Shown here piece after piece: positions 37,667-53,420 of a stretch of DNA of 64,000 bases. The notes below the pieces were generated by a model. The model was given only the letters and a program-made list of their open reading frames with translations. It searched no databases and was not told the DNA's origin. Both the position numbers and the translations under genes were made by a program. How positions within the stretch are numbered: position 1 is the first letter of the stretch; each line of letters starts with the position of its first letter. The stretch is from Eledone cirrhosa (lineage: Eukaryota): contig OZ024742.1 in NCBI GenBank assembly GCA_964016885.1, positions 211,730,001 through 211,794,000 of the forward strand, in the 5' to 3' direction.

Positions 37667-37724
37667 ATACCTGATGATATCACCGGGTTCATACGGAACC
37701 CGGTCATTGAAATGATCATAGTAT
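37667..37724 (+). ncRNA. Type-I hammerhead ribozyme in a ~350-bp non-coding insert
   Basis: ATAC-CTGATGA-..ACCGGGTTC atacg GAACCCGGT..-GAAA-TGATCA-TA-GTAT. Confidence 0.88.
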
Positions 37725-38062
37725 AATAAACATTTCAAGGATTTACACAAATCCAGCCTCCTGTCATTTCATTATATTATATATATATATATATATATAC
37801 CGTTTGATGAGAATACTAAAGAAATTACTAAGGCACTTAGAGTTTCAAAACACTTCAGATTTTGAAAGGTGTTTTGACATATATAGTTTGGTCGCAGAAC
37901 TCTAATGCCTCTTGTTGTGACATGTTGATTGTGTGTGAGGGTCTCCCCCACACCTTTTTTTTTCTTTTATCATTTCTCCCATCCATTCCTATTTTTTTGA
38001 AAGTATATATATATATCTGTGACAAAATGTATTATATATAACTTGTTTAGTCATAGTATTTT

Positions 38063-38119
<57 letters not shown>

Positions 38120-38296
38120 TAGTGAATGGAATCAAACTGACTTGATGTTGTGTTCCCCTGTTGAATACACATGTGACCACACATGCTGACCTTTTGGCTT
38201 CATAGATATTTAGTTGCTTTGTTTGGGGATTAGTGTTACCGGATTATCTGGAGGAATGGTTAACTAGAGGCCATCTACAGATTGTCAAGAGATAAT

Positions 38297-38480
38297 TCTT
38301 TCTACTTTTGGCACAAGGCCAGCAATTATTCCAGTACATTACTGGTACTTTATTTTATCGACCACGTAAGGATGAAAGGCAAAGTTAACCTCGGCGGGAT
38401 TTGAACTCAGATCGTAAAGGGACGTAACTATGCTGGAAAGCATGTCCGACACACTACCGATACTACCAACTGACCGCCCT
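38297..38480 (-). mobile_element. tRNA/Nin-like SINE with probable TSD
   Basis: Same family as 6236; gtca(a)gagataat flanks both sides. Confidence 0.85.
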
Positions 38481-41134
38481 GTCAGAGATAATGACCACCC
38501 CATTGTCAAGAGATAATGCTAACCTCCCTTGGCTCTCCAGGTAGGCAGTACAGTTCAGTTTGTTCCAGCGACCAGAACAATGTAGTTATCCATAGATTGA
38601 TAGCCAATTTGCAAAGATGGATAGTGGTGTTGTGTATGTACACACATGTGAATTGCTGAGTGGTGTCGTCACTGCTGTGTAGAGTGTAGGCAAAGGAAGA
38701 TTGATGTGCCTGACACAGTGTGACCAGAGACTGCGGATGTGTAAGTAACAGTGTTCATTATGATGATGATGATGTGATGATTCATTGGGTAAATGATTTA
38801 CCCTGATCATGTAGGAAATAAAATATATAAAACACAATAACATAAATTTATTAAATATAGCTTTCGTTGAAGTTATACAACAATACATGAAGAAGAAATA
38901 ACCACAGATGAATTGTGTGATGTTTTGTATCAAGTATGATGTGTATATATGTTTGATGGGATAAATTTTGCTGGCCTATCTTGGTGGCTACTTGATAGTG
39001 TGAAAAAAACTCTATTGAGGAGAACATCAAATTACTGCTACAGATTCACTCTGACCCATTGCAGTCTTGACCTTTAGGCCAATGAGCTTTATCAACAAAG
39101 GTTAGTTATATACAATTTTTAACACATTTACTACAAACATCTACACCAAACTCTCACGCAATTTTACTGTGAATATCTTTGTTTTCCTATATTGTCACAA
39201 TAACTTCAAAGCAAGTTATTAATTAATAAAATTAAGTAGCACCTATTGTTATTCGTTCATTCAATACTGGCTATGGGAAACATCTCAACTCATTGAGACA
39301 TTCACAGCACTTTATATGGGACAGATCAACTTACACATTCACCCATCAAACAACATTTACTGTTACAAAATTCTTGCCCCAACCACAACGAATCACTGAC
39401 CAATTCAGACAACACAAATAACATCCAAATTCACATACCCACTACATGTGGTGGTGACCCTGACAAACGCACAACTTTCTGGTGTATTTGCTAATTCAGC
39501 ATTCGAATAATATAGGAAAACTACGATAGGGATATCATTCACCTCACAACAGTTAGTGACCTCCGATTTACTAACAAAGTCTGAATAACAACGAAAACGA
39601 TAACTTTTGAAAATGAAACTAACTTTCGAATTAGGAAACAGACTTACTTAAAAAAAAAACCCAAAACAAAGACAAAAAAAAACACGCTATGTAAGTAATC
39701 GCATCACTACAACAACTTATGTAGCAAACAGCATCGATGGCAACAACATGTCCGTGTGAAGTTGGAGTAATGTGTGGTCATTGTAGAATTTCTTTTCTCG
39801 ACTAGTTTTGAAGTTACAGAAAAAGCTGTTACCCCTTAATCTCCTAACACATGCATGCAAAGCTACCTGCAGTTGCACACACATACTCTATAGCTCAATT
39901 TCAATCTAGTTTGAGCTTCCCAGCTCACTGAGGACCGCTATTTCGGCTTAACATACAATGAGCAACTCACAGCTCCGTATACTAGCAGCCTTAATGGCGA
40001 TCTCGATCCCACGTTTCAAAACTTCGGTGTTTCATGCATGTAGATTTTTTTACACACAGCACAGGATCTATGTAATTGATTTACGTGGAATTTCACGAGA
40101 TAATTTTTCTTCTCTCATCTATCTCCACTAGTTTTGAAGTTACGGAAAAAAGCTATTGACACACTCGCCTCAAACATGGCAAATCTGCACCTTTTTGCAT
40201 TTGTTACATGCAACTACAAAGAAATAGCCATAGCTTTTACTTCAAAATTTAGTCTCCGCTTCCTTGCAGATTGTCAGGAGATAATGCTATTCTCACCCGA
40301 CTGTCTAAGTAAGCAGCACACTTCAGTTTGTTCCAGCAACCAGAACAATGTAGTTGTCCATAGATTCACTCCAACCCTTTGTAGTCTCGGCCTTTAAGCC
40401 AACGAGCTTAATCAACGAAGGTTAGTTATATATTCAAATGTTAACTCATTTGCTACAAACATCCACGCCAAACCATCACACAAACACTCACAATGAACCA
40501 CTGAACAATTCAGACAACACAAACAACATCTAAATTCATCATACCCACTACCCATGCACGTATACATGCACGCTCAGACACATTCATACTTGTACATATA
40601 AACATGCACACACATATACATACAAACAAACACACATACATGCATATATTTATATATGACGGTTTCTGCATTCCAGCTGTGTTTTGAAATCGATTCCATA
40701 CTGAAATCCAGACAATCATTTAAATCCAACTTAATTAAACCTAAAATTAGTCATTATCCAATATTAATGGTTCCCATAATCGTTTCCTACCATACTGGTA
40801 AATATACAAATGCAACTCTGGTGTATTTAAACAAGAAAAACAAAATCTTGCTGTTTTGAATATACATACACGTATGTAGTAAGTTAGTTTCTGTTATTTT
40901 GTTTTCATTACTATATACAACCATTCCAATGATGTCATCACGGACTAAGTTGGCAGCCCTCCTCTAATACCTTTTGAGGCAAGCCAACACACTGACAGCA
41001 TTACCGCGGGTGAGAGTGAGGCTAAGGCACTGGAACAACCAAACACCCTCATAGACATCACCTGACACATCAGTAAGAGGAGCCGCCAACGATGACAAGA
41101 ACTTTGTTGTCAGAGGCCCAATTCCTCCAATTGA

Positions 41135-41640
41135 AAGCAGTGAATTAACAGAGTTATTAGAATGTTGGATAGAATGCTTTGCAGTATTCGTTTTGACTCT
41201 TTGCAGTATTCGAGTTCAAACCTCGCTGAGGTCAACTTTGCCTTTCATCCATTCAAGATCGATAAAAAATGTACCAGTCTGGTACTGGGGTCGATTCTTC
41301 CTCTATATCTTTCTCATTTCCATTTTCTCACTCTCTCTCTCTCTCTCCTTTACTGGAAGAAATCTGCTGTATTCAAGCCTGGAGAGGAGATGGACTCCGC
41401 GAGGTTTTAAAAATACCCTAGAAACTCTGTATGTGAATATGGCGTCTTTATCACTTCCTCAGGAGTACATACACATATTATTCGAAGGTGTCAAATTGGA
41501 ACATAGGATAGAATGCTTTGCGGTATTCGCTCTAACTATCTGCAGTATATGAGTTCAAATCCCACCAAGGTCAACTCTACCTTTCACCATTTCGAGGTCA
41601 ATAAAAAAAAGTGCCAGTCCAATACTGGGGTCGATTCTTC
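41135..41640 (+). mobile_element. Two older Nin-like SINE copies
   Basis: gagttcaaa...gtcaact(t/c)t(g/a)cctttca...at ~41211-41290 and ~41551-41635. Confidence 0.7.
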
Positions 41641-41879
41641 CTCTATACCAGTTTTTGTTTTCACTCACTCTCCTTCTCTGGTAGAAAATGGCTATGTTCA
41701 GACATGGAGAGAGGATTGGCTGGGCCAAGTTTAAAAGTGTCCAAGATACGCCGTATGTCACGATGGTGTCCTTAGGACTTAACAAGCAAATATGGGTTCA
41801 TACATACATAGATACTAGTTGTCTGCTCAATACAAAGCTTGACCACTCCAGTGTACATGATGCTCAGTTCTGACATGAG

Positions 41880-43340
41880 ATCTTATGTGGCTTTTTAGAC
41901 CAGACATACTTTTAAAAAGCCATCCACAGATTGCATATTAATTTTGGTGCAGCTTGGACTGCTTGTGTATCTTGAACCTTGAAATGTCTCTTTAGACCTC
42001 CTTGAGATTTACAGATTTTGTGCCATTCATAAGGGTGAAGTGGTTTGAATGTTCTATAGTCAGTAGAGAGTGCCCTATTGTGTGCTCTTATATGAGATTG
42101 AAGTCAACCTGACAGGCAGATTCTGCCCCAGACTTTACATTAGAGAAAGTTCCATTAATTTCATATTTCTTTACTGGCTATTTTTTCTTACATTCATCTT
42201 GATATTTACTTGCAGGAAACCTGTTTTTCTCAAAGGTTTTCGCACCATCCCATCTATTTTAGAACGCCAGGTAGAGCGATCCACTACAAGACTTTCCAGG
42301 TTTCAGGGGTCAATTTCTACATTCTTCAAGTTCTCCTTCAATGCATCCTTGAACTTTTTCTTTGACTTCCTTTGTTTTCTTTTTCCCCAAGCAAGTTCCC
42401 CATTAGGGATACTTTTGTCAACTACAGGGACAATGTCCAAACCACCGCAGTGGTTTTTCAAAATTATTGCCTGGATGGGACAAATACCAGATGCAACTAG
42501 AATGTCAGGAGTGAATGAATTCCATTTGGTTTTCAGAGTGTTATAAGCATTTTTGATGGAATCGTTCCAGGAGACAAAAGTAATATTTGTAACATGTCCA
42601 AGTTTCGGAAGAGATGTTAACATAAAGGAACTATAAATGGATATTTCTGTTTCATTCTTGATATGTCTTTGTGACCAAACCCAAGACTCTAAACTACCAA
42701 AATATTTCGCTGCCATTTCAATCCTTATGCTATTTCTGAATCCAATGTTCCATCTTATTCACTGCAGTCCTAAGGTATATGAAGGATTCAACAACCTTAA
42801 GATTACCTTTCACATATATTTTAGACTGTTGCACTTGTCCAGGTGCAGGTTGACATAAAACTACTGGTTTCTTTAAATTTATAGTCAAACCAAAGATATC
42901 ACATGTCGAATGAATCAAATACAGAAATCAACAATTACAATCAATGCTTAGTGTGGCTGACAAGATGACAATCATCAGCTTACAGTAGATTAGTGATGGG
43001 AATACTTTGCTCTTAAATTTCATCCTTGCTAAATTAAAGACATTTCCTGTGGTATGATATCTTACATATTCTTCTTCATTGTTGTTTTGGAAATCATGAT
43101 AGAAAATAGCAGCAAAATATATTGCATCAAGGTTTCCCTGATTCACACAAAATTCTACTACAAAAGACTCAGAGAGTGTGCCTCCAAAATTAACTCAGGC
43201 TTTCATACCCTTATGAAGAGCTTTCAATATATTTACAAGCTTTTGAGAGTATCAACATTTAGACAAAACCAACTATAAGACAGTATTGAATGTCTTACTG
43301 AGATTAACAAAACAATGGTAGAGAGTGAGGTTCTGTTCAA
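41880..43340 (-). mobile_element. Highly decayed BovB-like RTE fragment
   Basis: VRYHTTGNVFNLAR, FGLTINLKKPVVL, GELAWGKRKQRKSKKKFKDALK. Confidence 0.8.
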
Positions 43341-43344
43341 TACA

Positions 43345-45381
43345 CAAATGAGGAGAATGCATGGGAAGAAGAGACCCTACCCCAAGTAGACCCTATTGAG
43401 GGGCCAGCAATACAAGTCAGCAGCAGTGTAGTAAGTAAGGCAATCAAAGATATGAAGATAGGGAAGGCAACCGGTCCATCGGGTATAGCTGCCGAGATGC
43501 TGAAGGCATCTGGGTCTGTAGGTCACACTATAACCACACGTATTGTTAACCAGGTAATACTAGAAGGTGTCATACCAAAAGATTGGTGCAGTAGCATCAT
43601 TGTCAACTGCTACAAAGGTAAAGGTGATGCACTCGATAGAGGAAACTATAGAGGTATAAAGCTGATGGACCAGGTCATGAAAGTAACAGAAAGAGTTATA
43701 GCACAGTTGATTAGGGACCAGGTGAAACTAGATGAGATGCAATTTGGGTTTGTACCAGGAAGAGGCACCACTGATGCCTTCTTTCTTGTGAGGCAGTTAC
43801 AGGAAAAGTACCTAGCAACAAGTAAGCCACTCTACCTGGCATTCGTCGATCTCGAGAAAGCCTTTGACAGAGTTCCATGTGCTATAATCTGGTGGGCACT
43901 TAAAAAACTAGGAGTAGATGAATGGCTTGTGAAAGCTGTACAAGCCATGTATAGGGGAGCAGTCAGCAAAGTTAGGATTAGCAATGAGTATAGCGAGGAA
44001 TTTAGCATACAGGTTGGTGTCCACCAGGGCTCTGTTCTTAGCCCTCTCCTGTTCATCATAGTCCTGCAGACAATAACGGAGGAGTTTAAGACCGGATGCC
44101 CATGGGAACTCCTGATGCAGATGACCTCGCACTTATAGCTGAATCTATGGTAGAACTAGAGAAGAAATTCCAAACTTGGAAGCAGGGACTAGAAAGAAAG
44201 GGTCTCAAAGTCAACATGACAAAGACTAAGGTCCTTGTAAGTAGATGAGAAAACAGAACCCAGATCCACTCAGGGAAATGGCCTTGCTCAGTATGTAGGA
44301 AAGGTGTAGGTAGGAACTCCATTCTCTGCCCCAAATGCAAACAATGGGTACACAAGAGATGTAGCGGGATCTCAGGAAGCTTAATTAAGAATGTAGGCTT
44401 CACATGTAGCAGCTGTGCCGGGACAGCAAGCAGCAAACAGCCACAAGAAACAAGTACCACCAATCTCTGGGAGGGCCCTGTAGAAACAGTAGACAGCTCC
44501 TGCTACCTAGGTGACCGAATTAGCAGCAGAGGTGGGTGTTCGGAAAGTACAATAACTAGGGTAAGAACGGGATGGAAGAAGTTCAGGGAACTACTACCAC
44601 TGCTAGCTGCAAAAGGCTTCTCCCTCAGAATGAAAGGCAGACTGTATGATCCGTGTATCTGAACAGCAATGTTACATGGTAGTGAGACCTGGGCGCTGAA
44701 GGTGGAAGACTTACGTAAATTAGAAAGAAACGAAACCTGCATGCTCCGATGGATGTGTAATAGTAATATATGCGAACGGCAAAGCATAAATGAATTGAGA
44801 GAGAGACTGAGCATAAGAGGAATTAAATGCTGCGTGCAGGAGAAGCGGTTGCGTTGGTATGGACATGTGATGCGTATGAAGGATGACAGCTGCATAAAAA
44901 TGTGCAGGGCACTAGAAGTTAATGGAAACCGCGGAGTGGGGAGACCCAAGAAGACCTGGGATGAAGTGTTAGGGTCCGACCTTACCCAGTTGCACCTCTC
45001 AAAGGCGATGACACACGACCGTAACCTCTGGCGTCACGCAGTAATACAGAGTACCCGACATCCCATGGGTACAAGCTAAAGCATATAGACAATATGCCCC
45101 CACATCCTCCCACTGGAAAGTGGTCGTGGAGGTGCCACAGCAAAAAAGCGCCCAGCCCACACTGTAAAGTGGACGTGTAGGCGCCACGGAAAAAAGGACC
45201 CAGCACTCACTGTAAATAAGGTTGGTGTTAGGAAGGGCATCCAGCTGTAGAAATCAAGCCAAAATCAGTTCCTGTATGAGCAAGACATGGTCAGCCGACC
45301 AGACACTGCCCACAACAGGACAACCCGTCTAACCCATGCTAGCATGGAAGAACGGACGTAAAACGGTGATGATGATGATGA
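43345..45381 (+). mobile_element. 5'-truncated RTE LINE with 3' module and (GAT)n tail
   Basis: ORFs 43452-44138 and 44669-45079 (NYRGIKLM, DLEKAFDRV, LRWYGHVMRM). Confidence 0.95.
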
Positions 45382-45639
45382 TATATATATATATACATAC
45401 ACATACATATATATATAAATATATATATATATATGATGGCTGCCCCCTCGTTATCGAGTATGGCCATTGCACGAGGAGAAAGAAAAAAAAAATAATAATA
45501 AATAAATAAAAAGAAATATATATATATATATATACATACACATATATACACACACACACATATAGACACACACATACATTAATAACAATAATAATAATAA
45601 TAATAACAATAACAACAACAATATATATACATACATATA

Positions 45640-45675
<36 letters not shown>

Positions 45676-45707
45676 CATACATATATATATATATAAATAC
45701 ATATATG

Positions 45708-46245
45708 GTGGCTGCCAACTCGTTTTCGAGTACGGCCACTACTCTATATCCATGTAGGAGAACCCCTACCGATGCGCTGAACGAGTGTGACTTTTTAGTC
45801 CAGCCAGCGACTTGAAAACTCTGGTACAAACACCATACTTGTGACAATTATTGGCACATAGTGCTGGGCCCATGGTATCATGTGACGACAAGTGCAGAGA
45901 GATCTCCAGATATAAAGCAATGCCTGTGCCGTGAAGCTTTTATAGTGAGCAAAGGCACTGCACAAAGCCAGTCCCACTCTCTTAACCAAGATGATATTTA
46001 CCAAAAAGAAGAACAAGTCAACATCATTGGATACCATCAGGGTTGCAGGTGTTATATCAGTTTTCCTTCTCCTAGAATTCTGCCTTGACAAAGGCTAAGG
46101 GGTCATCTCTCCCGGTGATTTTGGATGGCCATTGACTCTTAAGAGCTCCTTTGCTCTTTGACAGGTTTTGTTTTTAGTCCTGTAGGATGTCCAAAGTCAC
46201 CCTCGCCAGTTTAGTCGCCAACGACCCGACCATGAGACAGGTTGT
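45708..46245 (-). mobile_element. Short non-coding insert resembling a LINE 5' UTR / non-autonomous element
   Basis: Bounded by microsatellites; minus strand has ggcgactaaac and ctaggagaaggaaaact motifs that I recall from RTE-like 5' UTRs; end motif repeated at ~45437-45480. Confidence 0.4.
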
Positions 46246-46355
46246 ACATATATACATATATATATACATACATATATATATATACATATATACATACATA
46301 TATACATATATATACATACATATATATACATATATACACATACATATATACATAC

Positions 46356-46385
<30 letters not shown>

Positions 46386-46387
<2 letters not shown>

Positions 46388-48378
46388 CATCATCATTATC
46401 ATCATCATCGTTTAACGTCCATCTTCCATGCTTGCATGGGTTTGGACGGAAGTTTTCCCACTTGAGGTAAGAGTGGTTGTCTTGCTCGCATAGGACTGTC
46501 TGGCGGGTTTTCTACGGCTGGATGCCTTTCCTAACACCAACCACGTTTACAGTGTGGACTGGGAGGTTTTTACCGTGTTACCTACATGGCCACATTACAG
46601 CATGGACTGTGTGTTTTTTTGTCGTGACACCTACACGACCTCATTTGTTTCGGGCTGGATGTTGTGGTACCAACATAACTTTACATTGAAAGGGGTGGTG
46701 TGGATGGGGTGGGGGTAGTGGGACGGGGGTGTATTTTGTTAGAGGTGCCTACTGACTGTAGTAGGTTTCACTTTGTTCTTAGGTAAGGCGGGTCTTCTCT
46801 ATTACTGTGTAGCGCCAAAGATCTCGGTCCAGTGACATTGTCTTGGAGAGGTGTAAGTGTGTGAGGTCGAAAATTATCAAGTCGTCCCAAGTTTTTCTGG
46901 GTCTGCCTACTCCGTGGCTACCATCTATTTTTATTGCCCTGCACTTTTTTATACAGCTGTCATCTTTCATGCGCATCACGTGACCATACCAACGTAGTCT
47001 TCTCTCGAGTAAACAACATCTGATCCCTCTTATTTCTAATTTTTCCCTTAGTTCGTTTATGCTTTGCCGTTCACGTATATTACTATTACACATCCAGCGG
47101 AGCATGCAAGCTTCGTTCCTCTGCAGTCTGCATATATCCTCTGCACACAATGCCCAGGTCTCACTGCCATGTAACATTGCTGTTTGTATGCAGGCATCAT
47201 ACAACCTGCCTTTCATTTTTAGAGAGCACCCTTTAGCGGCTAATAGTGGTATAAGCTCTCTGAACTTTTTCCATCCAGTTCTGACTCTAGCTACTGTACT
47301 TTCAGAGCACCCTCCACCACTGCTGATTTTGTCACCCATAAACCATCTGTGCAATGGAATGAGCTAGAATTCTGTGGGAACTTGCTGCTACTTATTGCAC
47401 CAGAGCACCGGCCACATATAAAATCTATATTCTTAGTTAGCTTATCTGTGATCCCACTACATCTTTTATGCACCCATACTTTGCATTTGGGACATAAAAT
47501 GGAGTTTCTGCCTACTCCTTTCCTACACACTGAGCATGGCCATTTCCCGGATGGGACCGGTGCCCTATTTTCCTTCCTACAAACTAGAACTTTAGTCTGA
47601 GACAGGTTAATTTTAAGGCCTTTTGATTCTAGGCCATGCTTCCATGTTTGGAATTTCTTCTCTAGTTCAGCCATTGATTCAGCTATGAGCGTTAGATCAT
47701 CTGCGTATAGGAGTTCCCATGAGCAGCCGGTCTTGAACTCTACTGTTATAGCCTGAAAGGCAATAATAAATAGGAGGGGGCTAAGAACGGAGCCCTGATG
47801 AACACCAACTTTTACGCTAAACTCTTCACTATATTCGTTGTTAATTCTAACCTTGCTGACTGTTTCTTTATACATGGCTTGTATAGCTCTCACAAGCCAT
47901 TCATCAACACCTAGTTTTCTAAGAGCCCACCAGATAATGGAACAGAGGACTGTCAAAGGCTTTCTCCAAGTCGACAAAAGCTAAGTATAGGGGTTTACTT
48001 TTAGCTAGGTACTTCTCCTGTAGTTGTCGTACGATGAAAAGAGCGTCTGTGGTACTTTTACCTGACACAAACCCGAACTGCATTTCATCTAGATCAATTC
48101 GCTCTCTGATTAGTTGCGCAATTACTTTTTCTGTGACCTTCATGACCTGGTCGATTAATTTAATGCCTCTATAGTTTCCTCTATCTAGGGCATCTCCTTT
48201 TCCCCTGTAGCAGTTAGTGATGATGCTGCTACGCCAGTCCTTCGGAACAACCCCATTCTGTATGACTTGGTTTACTATCCGGGTGACCATGGTGTATCCC
48301 ACCGTTCCAGAAGCTTTCAGCATTTCAGCAACTATTTCCGAAGGCCCAGCCGCCTTACCCGTCTTCATATCTTTGATA
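46386..48378 (-). mobile_element. 5'-truncated RTE LINE
   Basis: RT from [10 protein letters not shown] to C-terminus, with small deletions; same family as 49686-53420. Confidence 0.95.
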
Positions 48379-49685
<1,307 letters not shown>

Positions 49686-52600
49686 CATCATCATCATCAT
49701 CAACGTTTAACGTCCGTGTTCCACGCTTGCATGGGTTTGGACGGGGGTAGTCCCACTTGAGGCAAGAGTGATTGTCTTGCTCGCATAGGACTGTCTGGCA
49801 GGTTTTCTACAGTTGGATGCCCTTCCTAACACCAACCACATTTACAGTGTGGGTCTGGGAGGTTTTTACCGTGTTGCCTACACGGCCACATTACAGCGTG
49901 GACTGTGTGTTTTTTTGTCGTGACACCTACACGATCTCATTTGTTTCGGCCTGGATGGCGCGGCACCAACATAACTTTACATAGAACGGGGTGGTGTGGA
50001 TGGGGTGGGGGTGGCGGCGGGAGGGGTGTATTTTGTTAGAGATGCCTACTGGCAAGGCGGGTCTTCTCTGTTACTGAGTACCGCCAAAGGTCACGGTCCA
50101 GTGACATTGTCTTGGAGAGGTGTAAGTGTGTGAGGTCGGAGTTTATCAGCTCATCCCATGTTTTTCTAGGTCTGCCTATTCCGTGGCTACCGTCTATCTT
50201 TATTGCCCTGCACTTTGTAATACAGCTATCGACTTTCATGCGCATCACGTGTCCATACCAACGCAGCCTTCTCTCGAGTAAACAACATCTGATCCCTCTT
50301 ATCTCTAATTTTTTCCTTAGTTCGTTTATGCTTTGCCGTTCACGTATATTACTGTTACACATCCAGCGGAGCATGCAAGCTTCGTTCCTCTCTAGTCTGC
50401 GTATATCCTCTGCACACAATGCCCAGGTCTCACTACCATGCAACATTGCTGTTCGTATGCAGGCATCGTACAACCTGCCTTTCATTTTTAGGGAGAACCC
50501 TTTAGCAGCTAATAGTGGTATAAGCTCTCTGAACTTTTTCCAACCAGTTCTGACTCTAGCTACAGTACTTTCAGAGCACCCTCCCCCACTGCTGATTTTA
50601 TCGCCCAGGTAACGGAAGCTGTCCACTATTTCTATAGAACCCTCTGCGCAATTGAAAGAGCTAGTATTTTGTGGGCACTTGCTGCTACTTATTGCACCAG
50701 AACACCGGCCACATGTAAAGTCTATGTTCTTAGTTAGCTTACCTGTGATCCCACTACATCTTTTATGCACCCATACTTTGCATTTAGGACATAAGATGGA
50801 GTTTCTACCTACGCCTTTCCTACATACCGAGCACGACCATTTCCCAGAAGGGACCGCCGCCTTGTTTTCTTTCCTACAAACTAGAACTTTGGTCTTAGCC
50901 AGGTTAATTTTAAGTCCTTTTGACTCTAGGCCGTGCTTCCATGTTTGGAATTTCTTCTCTAGCTCGGCCATTGATTCCGCTATGAGTGTCAGGTCGTCTG
51001 CGTATAGGAGTTCCCATGGGCAGCCTGTCTTGAACTCCTCTGTTATAGCCTGAGGGCAATAATAAATAGTAGGGGGCTGAGAACAGAGCCCTGATGGACG
51101 CCAACTTTTACGCTAAACTCTTCACTATATTCGTTGTTAATTCTAACCTTGCTGACTGTTTCTTTATACATGGCTTGTATAGCCCTCACAAGCCATTCGT
51201 CAACGCCTAGTTTTCTAAGAGCCCACCAGATAATGGAGCGGGGGACTCTGTCGAAGGCTTTCTCCAGGTCGACAAAAGCTAAGTAGAGGGGTTTACCTTT
51301 AGCTAGGTACTTCTCCTGTAGTTGTCGTACTATGAAAAGAGCGTCTGTGGTGCTTTTGCCTGACACAAACCCGAACTGCATTTCATCTAGATCAATTCTC
51401 TCTCTGATTAGTTGCGCTATTACTTTTTCCGTGACCTTCATGACCTGGTCGATTAATTTAATGCCTCTATAGTTACTCCTATCTAGGGCGTCTCCTTTAC
51501 CCTTATAACAGTTAACGATGATGCTGCTATGCCAGTCCTTCGGAACAACCCCATTCTGTACGACTTGGTTAACTATGCGGGTGACCATGGTGTGTCCCAC
51601 CGTGCCAGATGCCTTCAGCATCTCAGCAACTATTTCCGAAGGCCCAGCCGCCTTACCAGTCTTCATATCCTTGATTGCCTTACTTATTATACTCCCCTCG
51701 ACTAACACTGCTGGTCCCTCTATCGGGTCGATAAGGGGGAGACTGTCTTTCTCCCATTTATTCTCCTCATTTAGTAGCCTTTCATAGTGACACTTCCAAG
51801 CTACCTTCTTATCAGTGTCGGTGATGGCAAGTATGCCATCATCGTTAAGTACACACTTCTCCCCGACAATATCACGGTTTTCCTTGACGCATTGCCTGGC
51901 AATCCTGAACACCTCACGTTTTTGGTCATCGCGTTGTAGAACATGCTTGAACTTTCTTTCCTCAGCTTCCCTTCTTGCTAAGTACACTTCTCTCCTAGCT
52001 TCCCTCCTGGCCACTTGATAGTCTACTCTACTTCCCCCATCCCGCCATACTTTCCAAGCCTGCTTTTTGGCCTTAATTGACCCCTCCACCTTACTGTTCC
52101 ACCACCATGTTACTCTCCTCCTGCCTACAGGCCTGCTCCAGCCACAGACTTCGTCTGTCGCCAACAGCAGGTTTGCTTTCAGAAATTTCCACTGTCCCTC
52201 TATATTGTCCGATTCTAGATGCTCTTCCTTACTGTCGAAAGCATCAAGTAATATGCTTTGAAATTTATTTCTGGCTGTGGGGTCCTTTAGTTTCCATATT
52301 TTCCTCCTGAGGATAGTCCTCTTCTGCTGTCGGGTGCGTCTCGTCCTGACTATGAGGTCGCTAATTATCAGTCTATGTTGGGAGGTGCATTCTTCATGGG
52401 GGAGGGATTTAGTGTTTACAACAGACACTCTGTCACGTCTTCTGGTAAGGATATAATCTACCTGGCTTGTGTGTTCCCCGGATCTATAGGTAATCAGGTG
52501 ATTGTCACGTTTTTTGAAGTTAGTGTTACAGATAGTTAGGTTATTTGCATCACAGTATTCCAGAATTCTGGAGCCTTCCTCATTTCTAGTACCAAACCCA

Positions 52601-53420
52601 TAGCCTCCATGGATTTCGTCATAGCCGTCACAATGTTGTCCAACGTGACCATTTAGGTCGCCTGCAATAATTATATAGTCACTGTCAGATATTTGGGAGG
52701 TAGTTAGCAACAGTGTCTCATAGAATCTGTCTTTTATAGTGCCGGGCAGTCCGGATTGGGGTGCGTACGCAGATATTACTGTCACCGTAGTTCTATTGAG
52801 GACAAGTCTTATTTTAATTTTTTTTATTCTGTCGTTCACTCTATTTACGTCTATTATCTTATCTGCCCACTTTTCTGCTACCATGATTCCTACTCCACCC
52901 AGCCCATCGTCGTTTCCCACCCAGAAAAGCTTATAACATCGTTTTTTACCCTCAATGAATCTAGCAGACCCACCCCTCCACCTGGTCTCTTGAATACAAC
53001 AAACATCGACCTCCTTACGTTCAAGCATTTCTACAACCTCGTTAGCGCGACCCTTTAGGGTGCCTACATTTATGGTACCAACTCTGAAGTTTTGGATTGC
53101 GTTTGGAGGGTGGGGGTGGTGGGGGGCGGGAGGAGATAGGGTTATGTTAGCCATCCGCGGACGAAACAAAGAGGAGTGCTCGCATTGTCGTCCACGAGGT
53201 GAATTTGACTTTAACTTTGGCATTTTCGCTCTGGGCGTCCAGATTTTTCTCTCCCTTCCACTCTCCAGGATTCCGCAGTCCGTCCGTCCATCCATCCATG
53301 CATCATATATCGAAGGCAACCGGGCAAGCGATAGTATAGGCCTCTGGCTTATGATTTGGTCCGCGTAATAATAATAATGGTGATGCGTGGGGGTGGGGGT
53401 GGGGGGCTCTGGCTTATAAT
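49686..53420 (-). mobile_element. Near-intact full-length RTE LINE (one frameshift at ~51050)
   Basis: ORF 51043-53319 (APE to RT) continues in the frame ending at 50036; IIALRL* versus expected IIA.QAITEEF. Confidence 0.95.

Noticed and set aside
50112-53368. Numerous plus-strand ORFs opposite the RTE ORF (likewise opposite other LINEs)
   Set aside because: Antisense shadows of RT coding sequence with no independent motifs.
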